Notes under the pieces: model-generated
Database searches by the model: none
Told to the model about the DNA's origin: nothing
The model's input: the letters and a program-made list of their open reading frames with translations, nothing else
Shown: piece after piece, positions 41,201-56,200 of the stretch
Layout: each line of letters starts with the position of its first letter
Position numbering within the stretch: the first letter of the stretch is position 1
From: Nemertoderma westbladi
Taxonomy: Eukaryota; Animalia; Xenacoelomorpha
Assembly (NCBI GenBank): GCA_032718475.1
Contig: JAUCBJ010003901.1
Location: 1-64,000 of the forward strand
Direction of reading: 5' to 3'
Length of the DNA stretch: 64,000 nt
Made by a program: the position numbers and the translations under genes

Positions 41201-44200
41201 GTTTGCCTTCGGCGAGAACTACGCTTGTCTACTGATAGTGTATTTTTGTTTACAGTGTTCGCCTTTGGCGAGAACTACCCTTGTTTACTTATAGTGTGTT
41301 TTTGTTTACAGTGTTCGCCTTTGGCGAGAACTACCCTTGTTTACTGATAGTGTGTTTTTGTTTTGTTTGCCTTCGGCGAGAACTACGCTTGTTTACTGAT
41401 AGTGTATTTTTGTTTACAGTGTTCGCCTTTGTCGAGAACTACCCTTGTTTACTGATAGTGTGTTTTTGTTTTGTTTGCCTTCGGCGAGAACTACGCTTGT
41501 TTACTGATAGTGTATTTTTGTTTACAGTGTTCGCCTTTGACGAGAACTACCCTTGTTTACTTATAGTGTGTTTTTGTTTACAGTGTTCGCCTTTGGCGAG
41601 AACTACCCTTGTTTACTGATAGTGTGTTTTTGTTTTGTTTGCCTTCGGCGAGAACTACGCTTGTTTACTGATAGTGTATTTTTGTTTACAGTGTTCGCCT
41701 TTGTCGAGAACTACCCTTGTTTACTGATAGTGTGTTTTTGTTTTGTTTGCCTTCGGCGAGAACTACGCTTGTTTACTGATAGTGTATTTTTGTTTACAGT
41801 GTTCGCCTTTGTCGAGAACTACCCTTGTTTACTGATAGTGTGTTTTTGTTTTGTTTGCCTTCGGCGAGAACTACGCTTGTTTACTGATAGTGTATTTTTG
41901 TTTACAGTGTTCGCCTTTGGCGAGAACTACCCTTGTTTACTTATAGTGTGTTTTTGTCTACAGTGTTCGCCTTTGGCGAGAACTACCCTTGTTTACTTAT
42001 AGTGTGTTTTTGTTTACAGTGTTCGCCTTTGACGAGAACTACCATTGTTTACTTATAGTGTATTTTTGTATACAGTGTTCGCCTTTGGCGAGAACTACCC
42101 TTGTTTACTTATAGTGTGTTTTTGTTTACAGTGTTCGCCTTTGGCGAGAACTACCGTTGTTTACTTATAGTGTGTTATTATTTACAGTGTTTGCCTTTGG
42201 CGAGAACTACCCTTGTTTACTTATAGTGTGTTTTTGTTTTGTTTGCCTTTGACGAGAACTACCCTTGTTTACTTATAGTGTGTTTTCGTTTACAGTGTTC
42301 GCCTTTGACGCGAACTACCCTTGTTTACTTATAGTGTATTTTTGTTTACAGTGTTTGCCTTTGACGAGAACTACCCTTGTTTACTTATAGTGTGTTTTTG
42401 TTTACAGTGTTCGCCTTTGGCGAGAACTACCGTTGTTTACTTATAGTGTGTTATTATTTACAGTGTTCGCCTTTGGCGAGAACTACCCTTGTTTACTTAT
42501 AGTGTGTTTTTGTTTTGTTTGCCTTTGGCGAGAACTACGCTTGTTTATTTATAGTGTGTTTTTGTTTTCAGTGTTTGCCTTTGACGAGAACTACTCTTGT
42601 TTACTTATAGTGTGTTTTTGTTTACAGTGTTCGCCTTTGGCGAGAACTACCCTTGTTTACGTATAGTGTGTTTTTGTTTTTAGTGTTCGCCTTTGACGAG
42701 AACTTCCCTTGTTTACCTATAGTGTGTTTTTTTTACAGTGTTTGCCTTTGGCGAGAACTACCCTTGTTTACTTATAGTGTGTTTTTGTTTACAGTGTTCG
42801 CCTTTGGCGAGAACTACCCTTGTTTACTTATAGTGTGTTTTTGTTTTGTTTGCCTTTGACGAGAACTACCCTTGTTTACTTATAGTGTGTTTTCGTTTAC
42901 AGTGTTCGCCTTTGACGCGAACTACCCTTGTTTACTTATAGTGTATTTTTGTTTACAGTGTTCGCCTTTGATGAGAACTACCCTTGTTTACTTATAGTGT
43001 GTTTTTGTTTACAGTGTTCGCCTTTGGCGAGAACTACCCTTGTTTACTTATAGTGTGTTATTATTTACAGTGTTCGCCTTTGGCGAGAACTACCCTTGTT
43101 TACTTATAGTGTGTTTTTGTTTTGTTCGCCTTTGGCGATAACTACCCTTATTTACTTATAGTGTGTTTTTGTTTTCAGTGTTCGCCTTTGACGAGAACTA
43201 CCCTTGTTTACTTATAGTGTGTTTTTGTCTACAGTGTTCGCCTTTGGCGAGAACTACGCTTGTTTACTTATAGTGTGTTTTTGTTTACAGTGTTCGCCTT
43301 TGACGAGAACTACCCTTGTTTACTTATAGTGTGTTTTTTTTGTTTACAGTGTTCGCCTTTGGCGAGAACTACCCTTGTTTACTTATAGTGTATTTTTGTT
43401 TACAGTGTTCGCCTTTGACGAGAACTACCCTTGTTTACTTATAGTGTATTTTTGTTTACAGTGTTCGCCTTTGACGAGAACTACCCTTGTTTACTTATAG
43501 TTTGTTTTTGTTTACAGTGTTCGCCTTTGACGAGAACTACCCTTGTTTACTTATACTGTGTTTTTTTGTTTACAGTGTTCGCCTTTGACGAGAACTACCC
43601 TTGTTTACTTATAGTGTGTTTTTGTTTTGTTTGCCTTTGACGAGAACTACCCTTGTTTACTTATAGTGTATTTTTGTTTACAGTGTTCGCCTTTGACGAG
43701 AACTACCCTTGTTTACTTATAGTGTGTTTTTGTTTACAGTGTTCGCCTTTGACGAGAACTACCCTTGTTTACTTATAGTGTGTTTTTTTGCTTACAGTGT
43801 TCGCCTTTGACGAGAACTACCCTTGTTTACTTAGAGTGTATTTTTGTTTACAGTGTTCGCCTTTGACGAAAACTACCCTTGTTTACTTATAGTGTGTTTT
43901 TGTTTGCAGTGTTCGCCTTTGACGAGAACTACCCTTGTTTACTTAGAGTGTATTTTTGTTTACAGTGTTCGCCTTTGACGAAAACTACCCTTGTTTACTT
44001 ATAGTGTGTTTTTGTTTGCAGTGTTCGCCTTTGACGAGAACTACCCTTGTTTACTTATAGTGTGTTTTTGTTTACAGTGTTCGCCTTTGACGAGAACTAC
44101 CCTTGTTTACTTATAGTGTGTTTTTGTTTTGTTTGCCTTTGGCGAGAACTACGCTTGTTTACTGATAGTGTATTTTTGTTTACAGTGTTCGCCTTTGACG

Positions 44201-47200
44201 AAAACTACCCTTGTTTACTTATAGTGTGTTTTTGTTTACAGTATTCGCCTTTGACGAGAACTACCCTTGTTTTCTTATAGTGTGTTTTTGTTTGCAGTGT
44301 TCGCCTTTGACGAGAACTACCCTTGTTTACTTATAGTGTGTTTTTGTTTACAGTGTTCGCCTTTGACGAGAACTACCCTTGTTTACTTATAGTGTGTTTT
44401 TGTTTTGTTTGCCTTTGACGAGAACTACCCTTGTTTACTTATAGTGTGTTTTTGTTTGCAGTGTTCGCCTTTAACGAGAACTACCCTTGTTTACTTATAG
44501 TGTGTTTTTGTTTACAGTGTTCGCCTTTGACGAGAACTACGCTTGTTTACTTATAGTGTGTTTTTGTTTTCAGTGTTCGCCTTTGACGAGAACTACTCTT
44601 GTTTACTTATAGTGTGTTTTTGTTTACAGTGTTCGCCTTTGGCGATAACTACCCTTGTTTACTTATAGTGTGTTTTTGTTTACAGTGTTCGCTTTTGGCG
44701 AGAACTACCCTTGTTTACTTATAGTGTGTTTTTGTTTTCAGTGTTCGCCTTTGACGAGAACTACCCTTGTTTACTTATAGTGTGTTTTTGTTTACAGTGT
44801 TCGCCTTAGGCGATAACTACCCTTGTTTACTTATAGTGTGTTTTTGTTTACAGTGTTCGCCTTTGGCGAGAACTACCCTTGTTTACTTATAGTGTGTTTT
44901 TGTTTTCAGTGTTCGCCTTTGACGCGAACTACCCTTGTTTACTTATAGTGTGTTTTTGTTTACAGTGTTCGCCTTAGGCGAGAACTACCCTTGTTTACTT
45001 ATAGTGTGTTTTTGTTTACAGTGTTCGCCTTTGGCGAGAACTACCCTTGTTTACTTATAGTGTGTTTTTGTTTTCAGTGTTCGCCTTTGACGCGAACTAC
45101 CCTTGTTTACTTATAGTGTGTTTTTGTTTACAGTGTTTGCCTTTGGCGAGAACTACCCTTGTTTACTGATAGTGTGTTTTTGTTTACAGTGTTCGCCTTA
45201 GGCGAGAACTACCCTTGTTTACTTATAGTGTGTTTTTGTTTACAGTGTTCGCCTTTGGCGAGAACTACCCTTGTTTACTTATAGTGTGTTTTTGTTTACA
45301 GTGTTCGCCTTTGGCGAGAACTACCCTTGTTTACTTATAGTGTGTTTTTGTTTTCTGTGTTCGCCTTTGACGCGAACTACCCTTGTTTACTGATAGTGTG
45401 TTTTTGTTTTCAGTGTTCGCCTTTGAGGAGAACTACCCTTGTTTACTTATAGTGTGTTTTTGTTTACAGTGTTCGCCTTTGGCGAGAACTACCCTTGTTT
45501 ACTTATAGTATGTTTTTGTTTACAGTGTTCGCCTTAGGCGAGAACTACCCTTGTTTACTTATAGTGTGTTTTTGTTTACAGTGTTCGCCTTTGGCGAGAA
45601 CTACCCTTGTTTACTTATATTGTGTTTTTGTTTTGTTTGCCTTTGACAAGAACTACCCTTGTTTACTTATAGTGTGTTTTTGTTTTGTTTTCCTTTGACG
45701 AGAACTACACTTGTTTACTTATAGTGTATTTTTGTTTACAGTGTTCGCCTTTGACGAGAACTACGCTTGTTTACTTATAGTGTGTTTTTGTTTTCAGTGT
45801 TCGCCTTTGACGAGAACTACTCTTGTTTACTTATAGTGTGTTTTTGTTTACAGTGTTCGCCTTTGGCGATAACTACCCTTGTTTACTTATAGTGTGTTTT
45901 TGTTTTCAGTGTTCGCCTTTGGCGATAACTACCCTTGTTTACTTATAGTGTGTTTTTGTTTTTAGTGTTCGCCTTTGACGAGAACTTCCCTTGTTTACTT
46001 ATAGTGTGTTTTTGTTTACAGCGTTCGCCTTTGGCGACAACTACCCTTGTTTACTTATAGTGTGTTTTTGTTTTGTTCGCCTTCGGCGAGAACTACCCTT
46101 GTTTACTTATAGTGTGTTTTTGTTTTCAGTGTTCGCCTTTGACGAGAACTACCCTTGTTTATTTATAGTGTGTTTTTGTCTACAGTGTTCGCCTTTGGCG
46201 AGAACTACCCTTGTTTACTGATAGTGTGTTTTTGTTTACAGTGTTCGCCTTTGTCGAGAACTACCCTTGTTTACTTATTGTGTGTTTTTGTTTTTAGTGT
46301 TCGCCTTTGACGAAAACTACCCTTGTTTACTTATAGTGTGTTTTTGTTTACAGCGTTCGCCTTTGGCGACAACTACCCTTGTTTACTTATAGTGTGTTTT
46401 TGTTTTGTTCGCCTTCGGCGAGAACTACCCTTGTTTACTTATAGTGTGTTTTTGTTTGCAGTGTTCGCCTTTGACGAGAACTACCCTTGTTTACTTATAG
46501 TGTGTTTTTGTTTACAGTGTTCGCCTTTGACGAGAACTACCCTTGTTTACTTATAGTGTGTTTTTGTTTTGTTTGCCTTTGGCGAGAACTACGCTTGTTT
46601 ACTGATAGTGTATTTTTGTTTACAGTGTTCGCCTTTGACGAAAACTACCCTTGTTTACTTATAGTGTGTTTTTGTTTACAGTATTCGCCTTTGACGAGAA
46701 CTACCCTTGTTTTCTTATAGTGTGTTTTTGTTTGCAGTGTTCGCCTTTGACGAGAACTACCCTTGTTTACTTATAGTGTGTTTTTGTTTACAGTGTTCGC
46801 CTTTGACGAGAACTACCCTTGTTTACTTATAGTGTGTTTTTGTTTTGTTTGCCTTTGACGAGAACTACCCTTGTTTACTTATAGTGTGTTTTTGTTTACA
46901 GTGTTCGCCTTTAACGAGAACTACCCTTGTTTACTTATAGTGTGTTTTTGTTTACAGTGTTCGCCTTTGACGAGAACTACGCTTGTTTACTTATAGTGTG
47001 TTTTTGTTTTCAGTGTTCGCCTTTGACGAGAACTACTCTTGTTTACTTATAGTGTGTTTTTGTTTACAGTGTTCGCCTTTGGCGATAACTACCCTTGTTT
47101 ACTTATAGTGTGTTTTTGTTTACAGTGTTCGCTTTTGGCGAGAACTACCCTTGTTTACTTATAGTGTGTTTTTGTTTTCAGTGTTCGCCTTTGACGAGAA

Positions 47201-50200
47201 CTACCCTTGTTTACTTATAGTGTGTTTTTGTTTACAGTGTTCGCCTTAGGCGATAACTACCCTTGTTTACTTATAGTGTGTTTTTGTTTACAGTGTTCGC
47301 CTTTGGCGAGAACTACCCTTGTTTACTTATAGTGTGTTTTTGTTTTCAGTGTTCGCCTTTGACGCGAACTACCCTTGTTTACTTATAGTGTGTTTTTGTT
47401 TACAGTGTTCGCCTTAGGCGAGAACTACCCTTGTTTACTTATAGTGTGTTTTTGTTTACAGTGTTCGCCTTTGGCGAGAACTACCCTTGTTTACTTATAG
47501 TGTGTTTTTGTTTTCTGTGTTCGCCTTTGACGCGAACTACCCTTGTTTACTGATAGTGTGTTTTTGTTTTCAGTGTTCGCCTTTGAGGAGAACTACCCTT
47601 GTTTACTTATAGTGTGTTTTTGTTTACAGTGTTCGCCTTTGGCGAGAACTACCCTTGTTTACTTATAGTGTGTTTTTGTTTACAGTGTTCGCCTTAGGCG
47701 AGAACTACCCTTGTTTACTTATAGTGTGTTTTTGTTTACAGTGTTCGCCTTTGGCGAGAACTACCCTTGTTTACTTATATTGTGTTTTTGTTTTGTTTGC
47801 CTTTGACAAGAACTACCCTTGTTTACTTATAGTGTGTTTTTGTTTTGTTTTCCTTTGACGAGAACTACACTTGTTTACTTATAGTGTATTTTTGTTTACA
47901 GTGTTCGCCTTTGACGAGAACTACGCTTGTTTACTTATAGTGTGTTTTTGTTTTCAGTGTTCGCCTTTGACGAGAACTACTCTTGTTTACTTATAGTGTG
48001 TTTTTGTTTACAGTGTTCGCCTTTGGCGATAACTACCCTTGTTTACTTATAGTGTGTTTTTGTTTTCAGTGTTCGCCTTTGGCGATAACTACCCTTGTTT
48101 ACTTATAGTGTGTTTTTGTTTTTAGTGTTCGCCTTTGACGAGAACTTCCCTTGTTTACTTATAGTGTGTTTTTGTTTACAGCGTTCGCCTTTGGCGACAA
48201 CTACCCTTGTTTACTTATAGTGTGTTTTTGTTTTGTTCGCCTTCGGCGAGAACTACCCTTGTTTACTTATAGTGTGTTTTTGTTTTCAGTGTTCGCCTTT
48301 GACGAGAACTACCCTTGTTTATTTATAGTGTGTTTTTGTCTACAGTGTTCGCCTTTGGCGAGAACTACCCTTGTTTACTGATAGTGTGTTTTTGTTTACA
48401 GTGTTCGCCTTTGTCGAGAACTACCCTTGTTTACTTATTGTGTGTTTTTGTTTTTAGTGTTCGCCTTTGACGAAAACTACCCTTGTTTACTTATAGTGTG
48501 TTTTTGTTTACAGCGTTCGCCTTTGGCGACAACTACCCTTGTTTACTTATAGTGTGTTTTTGTTTTGTTCGCCTTCGGCGAGAACTACCCTTGTTTACTT
48601 ATAGTGTGTTTTTGTTTTCAGTGTTCGCCTTTGACGAGAACTACCCTTGTTTATTTATAGTGTGTTTTTGTCTACAGTGTTCGCCTTTGGCGAGAACTAC
48701 CCTTGTTTTCTTATAGTGTGTTTTTGTTTGCAGTGTTCGCCTTTGACGAGAACTACCCTTGTTTACTTATAGTGTGTTTTTGTTTACAGTGTTCGCCTTT
48801 GACGAGAACTACCCTTGTTTACTTATAGTGTGTTTTTGTTTTGTTTGCCTTTGACGAGAACTACCCTTGTTTACTTATAGTGTGTTTTTGTTTACAGTGT
48901 TCGCCTTTAACGAGAACTACCCTTGTTTACTTATAGTGTGTTTTTGTTTACAGTGTTCGCCTTTGACGAGAACTACGCTTGTTTACTTATAGTGTGTTTT
49001 TGTTTTCAGTGTTCGCCTTTGACGAGAACTACTCTTGTTTACTTATAGTGTGTTTTTGTTTACAGTGTTCGCCTTTGGCGATAACTACCCTTGTTTACTT
49101 ATAGTGTGTTTTTGTTTACAGTGTTCGCTTTTGGCGAGAACTAACCTTGTTTACTTATAGTGTGTTTTTGTTTTCAGTGTTCGCCTTTGACGAGAACTAC
49201 CCTTGTTTACTTATAGTGTGTTTTTGTTTACAGTGTTCGCCTTAGGCGATAACTACCCTTGTTTACTTATAGTGTGTTTTTGTTTACAGTGTTCGCCTTT
49301 GGCGAGAACTACCCTTGTTTACTTATAGTGTGTTTTTGTTTTCAGTGTTCGCCTTTGACGCGAACTACCCTTGTTTACTTATAGTGTGTTTTTGTTTACA
49401 GTGTTCGCCTTAGGCGAGAACTACCCTTGTTTACTTATAGTGTGTTTTTGTTTACAGTGTTCGCCTTTGGCGAGAACTACCCTTGTTTACTTATAGTGTG
49501 TTTTTGTTTTCAGTGTTCGCCTTTGACGCGAACTACCCTTGTTTACTTATAGTGTGTTTTTGTTTACAGTGTTTGCCTTTGGCGAGAACTACCCTTGTTT
49601 ACTGATAGTGTGTTTTTGTTTACAGTGTTCGCCTTAGGCGAGAACTACCCTTGTTTACTTATAGTGTGTTTTTGTTTACAGTGTTCGCCTTTGGCGAGAA
49701 CTACCCTTGTTTACTTATAGTGTGTTTTTGTTTACAGTGTTCGCCTTTGGCGAGAACTACCCTTGTTTACTTATAGTGTGTTTTTGTTTTCTGTGTTCGC
49801 CTTTGACGCGAACTACCCTTGTTTACTGATAGTGTGTTTTTGTTTTCAGTGTTCGCCTTTGAGGAGAACTACCCTTGTTTACTTATAGTGTGTTTTTGTT
49901 TACAGTGTTCGCCTTTGGCGAGAACTACCCTTGTTTACTTATAGTGTGTTTTTGTTTACAGTGTTCGCCTTAGGCGAGAACTACCCTTGTTTACTTATAG
50001 TGTGTTTTTGTTTACAGTGTTCGCCTTTGGCGAGAACTACCCTTGTTTACTTATATTGTGTTTTTGTTTTGTTTGCCTTTGACAAGAACTACCCTTGTTT
50101 ACTTATAGTGTGTTTTTGTTTTGTTTTCCTTTGACGAGAACTACACTTGTTTACTTATAGTGTATTTTTGTTTACAGTGTTCGCCTTTGACGAGAACTAC

Positions 50201-53200
50201 GCTTGTTTACTTATAGTGTGTTTTTGTTTTCAGTGTTCGCCTTTGACGAGAACTACTCTTGTTTACTTATAGTGTGTTTTTGTTTACAGTGTTCGCCTTT
50301 GGCGATAACTACCCTTGTTTACTTATAGTGTGTTTTTGTTTTCAGTGTTCGCCTTTGGCGATAACTACCCTTGTTTACTTATAGTGTGTTTTTGTTTTTA
50401 GTGTTCGCCTTTGACGAGAACTTCCCTTGTTTACTTATAGTGTGTTTTTGTTTACAGCGTTCGCCTTTGGCGACAACTACCCTTGTTTACTTATAGTGTG
50501 TTTTTGTTTTGTTCGCCTTCGGCGAGAACTACCCTTGTTTACTTATAGTGTGTTTTTGTTTTCAGTGTTCGCCTTTGACGAGAACTACCCTTGTTTATTT
50601 ATAGTGTGTTTTTGTCTACAGTGTTCGCCTTTGGCGAGAACTACCCTTGTTTACTGATAGTGTGTTTTTGTTTACAGTGTTCGCCTTTGTCGAGAACTAC
50701 CCTTGTTTACTTATTGTGTGTTTTTGTTTTTAGTGTTCGCCTTTGACGAAAACTACCCTTGTTTACTTATAGTGTGTTTTTGTTTACAGCGTTCGCCTTT
50801 GGCGACAACTACCCTTGTTTACTTATAGTGTGTTTTTGTTTTGTTCGCCTTCGGCGAGAACTACCCTTGTTTACTTATAGTGTGTTTTTGTTTTCAGTGT
50901 TCGCCTTTGACGAGAACTACCCTTGTTTATTTATAGTGTGTTTTTGTCTACAGTGTTCGCCTTTGGCGAGAACTACCCTTGTTTACTGATAGTGTGTTTT
51001 TGTTTACAGTGTTCGCCTTTGTCGAGAACTACCCTTGTTTACTTATTGTATGTTTTTGTTTTTAGTGTTCGCCTTTGACGAAAACTACCCTTGTTTACTT
51101 ATAGTGTGTTTTTGTTTACAGTGTTCGCCTTTGTCGAGAACTACCCTTGTTTACTTATTGTGTGTTTTTGTTTTTAGTGTTCGCCTTTGACGAAAACTAC
51201 CCTTGTTTACTTATAGTGTGTTTTTGTTTACAGTGTTCGCCTTTGACGAGAACTACCCTTGTTTACTTAGAGTGTATTTTTGTTTACAGTGTTCGCCTTT
51301 GACGAAAACTACCCTTGTTTACTTATAGTGTGTTTTTGTTTGCAGTGTTCGCCTTTGACGAGAACTACCCTTGTTTACTTATAGTGTGTTTTTGTTTACA
51401 GTGTTCGCCTTTGACGAGAACTACCCTTGTTTACTTATAGTGTGTTTTTGTTTTGTTTGCCTTTGGCGAGAACTACGCTTGTTTACTGATAGTGTATTTT
51501 TGTTTACAGTGTTCGCCTTTGACGAAAACTACCCTTGTTTACTTATAGTGTGTTTTTGTTTACAGTATTCGCCTTTGACGAGAACTACCCTTGTTTTCTT
51601 ATAGTGTGTTTTTGTTTGCAGTGTTCGCCTTTGACGAGAACTACCCTTGTTTACTTATAGTGTGTTTTTGTTTACAGTGTTCGCCTTTGACGAGAACTAC
51701 CCTTGTTTACTTATAGTGTGTTTTTGTTTTGTTTGCCTTTGACGAGAACTACCCTTGTTTACTTATAGTGTGTTTTTGTTTACAGTGTTCGCCTTTAACG
51801 AGAACTACCCTTGTTTACTTAGTGTGTTTTTGTTTACAGTGTTCGCCTTTGACGAGAACTACGCTTGTTTACTTATAGTGTGTTTTTGTTTTCAGTGTTC
51901 GCCTTTGACGAGAACTACTCTTGTTTACTTATAGTGTGTTTTTGTTTACAGTGTTCGCCTTTGGCGATAACTACCCTTGTTTACTTATAGTGTGTTTTTG
52001 TTTTCAGTGTTCGCCTTGGGCGATAACTACCCTTGTTTACTTATAGTGTGTTTTTGTTTTTAGTGTTCGCCTTTGACGAGAACTTCCCTTGTTTACTTAT
52101 AGTGTGTTTTTGTTTACAGCGTTCGCCTTTGGCGACAACTACCCTTGTTTACTTATAGTGTGTTTTTGTTTTGTTCGCCTTCGGCGAGAACTACCCTTGT
52201 TTACTTATAGTGTGCTTTTGTTTTCAGTGTTCGCCTTTGACGAGAACTACCCTTGTTTATTTATAGTGTGTTTTTGTCTACAGTGTTCGCCTTTGGCGAG
52301 AACTACCCTTGTTTACTGATAGTGTGTTTTTGTTTACAGTGTTCGCCTTTGTCGAGAACTACCCTTGTTTACTTATTGTGTGTTTTTGTTTTTAGTGTTC
52401 GCCTTTGACGAAAACTACCCTTGTTTACTTATAGTGTGTTTTTGTTTACAGCGTTCGCCTTTGGCGACAACTACCCTTGTTTACTTATAGTGTGTTTTTG
52501 TTTTGTTCGCTTTCGGCGAGAACTACCCTTGTTTACTTATAGTGTGTTTTTGTTTTCAGTGTTCGCCTTTGACGAGAACTACCCTTGTTTATTTATAGTG
52601 TGTTTTTGTCTACAGTGTTCGCCTTTGGCGAGAACTACCCTTGTTTACTGATAGTGTGTTTTTGTTTACAGTGTTCGCCTTTGTCGAGAACTACCCTTGT
52701 TTACTTATTGTATGTTTTTGTTTTTAGTGTTCGCCTTTGACGAAAACTACCCTTGTTTACTTATAGTGTGTTTTTGTTTACAGTGTTCGCCTTTGTCGAG
52801 AACTACCGTTGTTTACTTATTGTGTGTTTTTGTTTTTAGTGTTCGCCTTTGACGAAAACTACCCTTGTTTACTTATAGTGTGTTTTTGTTTACAGTGTTC
52901 GCCTTTGACGAGAACTACCCTTGTTTACTTAGAGTGTATTTTTGTTTACAGTGTTCGCCTTTGACGAAAACTACCCTTGTTTACTTATAGTGTGTTTTTG
53001 TTTGCAGTGTTCGCCTTTGACGAGAACTACCCTTGTTTACTTATAGTGTGTTTTTGTTTACAGTGTTCGCCTTTGACGAGAACTACCCTTGTTTACTTAT
53101 AGTGTGTTTTTGTTTTGTTTGCCTTTGGCGAGAACTACGCTTGTTTACTGATAGTGTATTTTTGTTTACAGTGTTCGCCTTTGACGAAAACTACCCTTGT

Positions 53201-56200
53201 TTACTTATAGTGTGTTTTTGTTTACAGTATTCGCCTTTGACGAGAACTACCCTTGTTTTCTTATAGTGTGTTTTTGTTTGCAGTGTTCGCCTTTGACGAG
53301 AACTACCCTTGTTTACTTATAGTGTGTTTTTGTTTACAGTGTTCGCCTTTGACGAGAACTACCCTTGTTTACTTATAGTGTGTTTTTGTTTTGTTTGCCT
53401 TTGACGAGAACTACCCTTGTTTACTTATAGTGTGTTTTTGTTTACAGTGTTCGCCTTTAACGAGAACTACCCTTGTTTACTTATAGTGTGTTTTTGTTTA
53501 CAGTGTTCGCCTTTGACGAGAACTACGCTTGTTTACTTATAGTGTGTTTTTGTTTTCAGTGTTCGCCTTTGACGAGAACTACTCTTGTTTACTTATAGTG
53601 TGTTTTTGTTTACAGTGTTCGCCTTTGGCGATAACTACCCTTGTTTACTTATAGTGTGTTTTTGTTTACAGTGTTCGCTTTTGGCGAGAACTACCCTTGT
53701 TTACTTATAGTGTGTTTTTGTTTTCAGTGTTCGCCTTTGACGAGAACTACCCTTGTTTACTTATAGTGTGTTTTTGTTTACAGTGTTCGCCTTAGGCGAT
53801 AACTACCCTTGTTTACTTATAGTGTGTTTTTGTTTACAGTGTTCGCCTTTGGCGAGAACTACCCTTGTTTACTTATAGTGTGTTTTTGTTTTCAGTGTTC
53901 GCCTTTGACGCAAACTACCCTTGTTTACTTATAGTGTGTTTTTGTTTACAGTGTTCGCCTTAGGCGAGAACTACCCTTGTTTACTTATAGTGTGTTTTTG
54001 TTTACAGTGTTCGCCTTTGGCGAGAACTACCCTTGTTTACTTATAGTGTGTTTTTGTTTTCAGTGTTCGCCTTTGACGCGAACTACCCTTGTTTACTTAT
54101 AGTGTGTTTTTGTTTACAGTGTTTGCCTTTGGCGAGAACTACCCTTGTTTACTGATAGTGTGTTTTTGTTTACAGTGTTTGCCTTAGGCGAGAACTACCC
54201 TTGTTTACTTATAGTGTGTTTTTGTTTACAGTGTTCGCCTTTGGCGAGAACTACCCTTGTTTACTTATAGTGTGTTTTTGTTTACAGTGTTCGCCTTTGT
54301 CGAGAACTACCCTTGTTTACTTATAGTGTGTTTTTGTTTTCAGTGTTCGCCTTTGACGCGAACTACCCTTGTTTACTGATAGTGTGTTTTTGTTTTCAGT
54401 GTTCGCCTTTGAGGAGAACTACCCTTGTTTACTTATAGTGTGTTTTTGTTTGCAGTGTTCGCCTTTGACGAGAACTACCCTTGTTTACTTATAGTGTGTT
54501 TTTGTTTACAGTGTTCGCCTTTGGCGAGAACTACCCTTGTTTACTTATAGTGTGTTTTTGTTTACAGTGTTCGCCTTAGGCGAGAACTACCCTTGTTTAC
54601 TTATAGTGTGTTTTTGTTTACAGTGTTCGCCTTTGGCGAGAACTACCCTTGTTTACTTGTAGTGTGTTTTTGTTTTGTTTGCCTTTGGCGAGAACTACGC
54701 TTGTTTACTGATAGTGTGTTTTTGTTTACAGTGTTCGCCTTTGGCGAGAACTACCCTTGTTTACTTATAGTGTGTTTTTGTTTACAGTGTTCGCCTTAGG
54801 CGAGAACTACCCTTGTTTACTTATAGTGTGTTTTTGTTTGCAGTGTTCGCCTTTGACGAGAACTACCCTTGTTTACTTATAGTGTGTTTTTGTTTACAGT
54901 GTTCGCCTTTGGCGAGAACTACCCTTGTTTACTTATAGTGTGTTTTTGTTTACAGTGTTCGCCTTTGACGAGAACTACCCTTGTTTACTTATAGTGTGTT
55001 TTTGTTTACAGTGTTCGCCTTTGACGAGAACTACCCTTGTTTACTTATAGTGTGTTTTTGTTTTGTTTGCCTTTGACGAGAACTACCCTTGTTTACTTAT
55101 AGTGTGTTTTTGTTTACAGTGTTCGCCTTTAACGAGAACTACCCTTGTTTACTTATAGTGTGTTTTTGTTTACAGTGTTCGCCTTTGACGAGAACTACGC
55201 TTGTTTACTTATAGTGTGTTTTTGTTTTCAGTGTTCGCCTTTGACGAGAACTACTCTTGTTTACTTATAGTGTGTTTTTGTTTACAGTGTTCGCCTTTGG
55301 CGATAACTACCCTTGTTTACTTATAGTGTGTTTTTGTTTACAGTGTTCGCTTTTGGCGAGAACTACCCTTGTTTACTTATAGTGTGTTTTTGTTTTCAGT
55401 GTTCGCCTTTGACGAGAACTACCCTTGTTTACTTATAGTGTGTTTTTGTTTACAGTGTTCGCCTTAGGCGATAACTACCCTTGTTTACTTATAGTGTGTT
55501 TTTGTTTACAGTGTTCGCCTTTGGTGAGAACTACCTTTGTTTACTTATAGTGTGTTTTTGTTTTCAGTGTTCGCCTTTGACGCGAACTACCCTTGTTTAC
55601 TTATAGTGTGTTTTTGTTTACAGTGTTTCGCCTTAGGCGAGAACTACCCTTGTTTACTTATAGTGTGTTTTTGTTTACAGTGTTCGCCTTTGGCGAGAAC
55701 TACCCTTGTTTACTTATAGTGTGTTTTTGTTTTCAGTGTTCGCCTTTGACGCGAACTACCCTTGTTTACTTATAGTGTGTTTTTGTTTACAGTGTTTGCC
55801 TTTGGCGAGAACTACCCTTGTTTACTGATAGTGTGTTTTTGTTTACAGTGTTCGCCTTAGGCGAGAACTACCCTTGTTTACTTATAGTGTGTTTTTGTTT
55901 ACAGTGTTCGCCTTTGGCGAGAACTACCCATGTTTACTTATAGTGTGTTTTTGTTTACAGTGTTCGCCTTTGGCGAGAACTACCCTTGTTTACTTATAGT
56001 GTGTTTTTGTTTTCAGTGTTCGCCTTTGACGCGAACTACCCTTGTTTACTGATAGTGTGTTTTTGTTTTCAGTGTTCGCCTTTGAGGAGAACTACCCTTG
56101 TTTACTTAGTGTGTTTTTGTTTGCAGTGTTCGCCTTTGACGAGAACTACCCTTGTTTACTTATAGTGTGTTTTTGTTTACAGTGTTCGCCTTTGGCGAGA

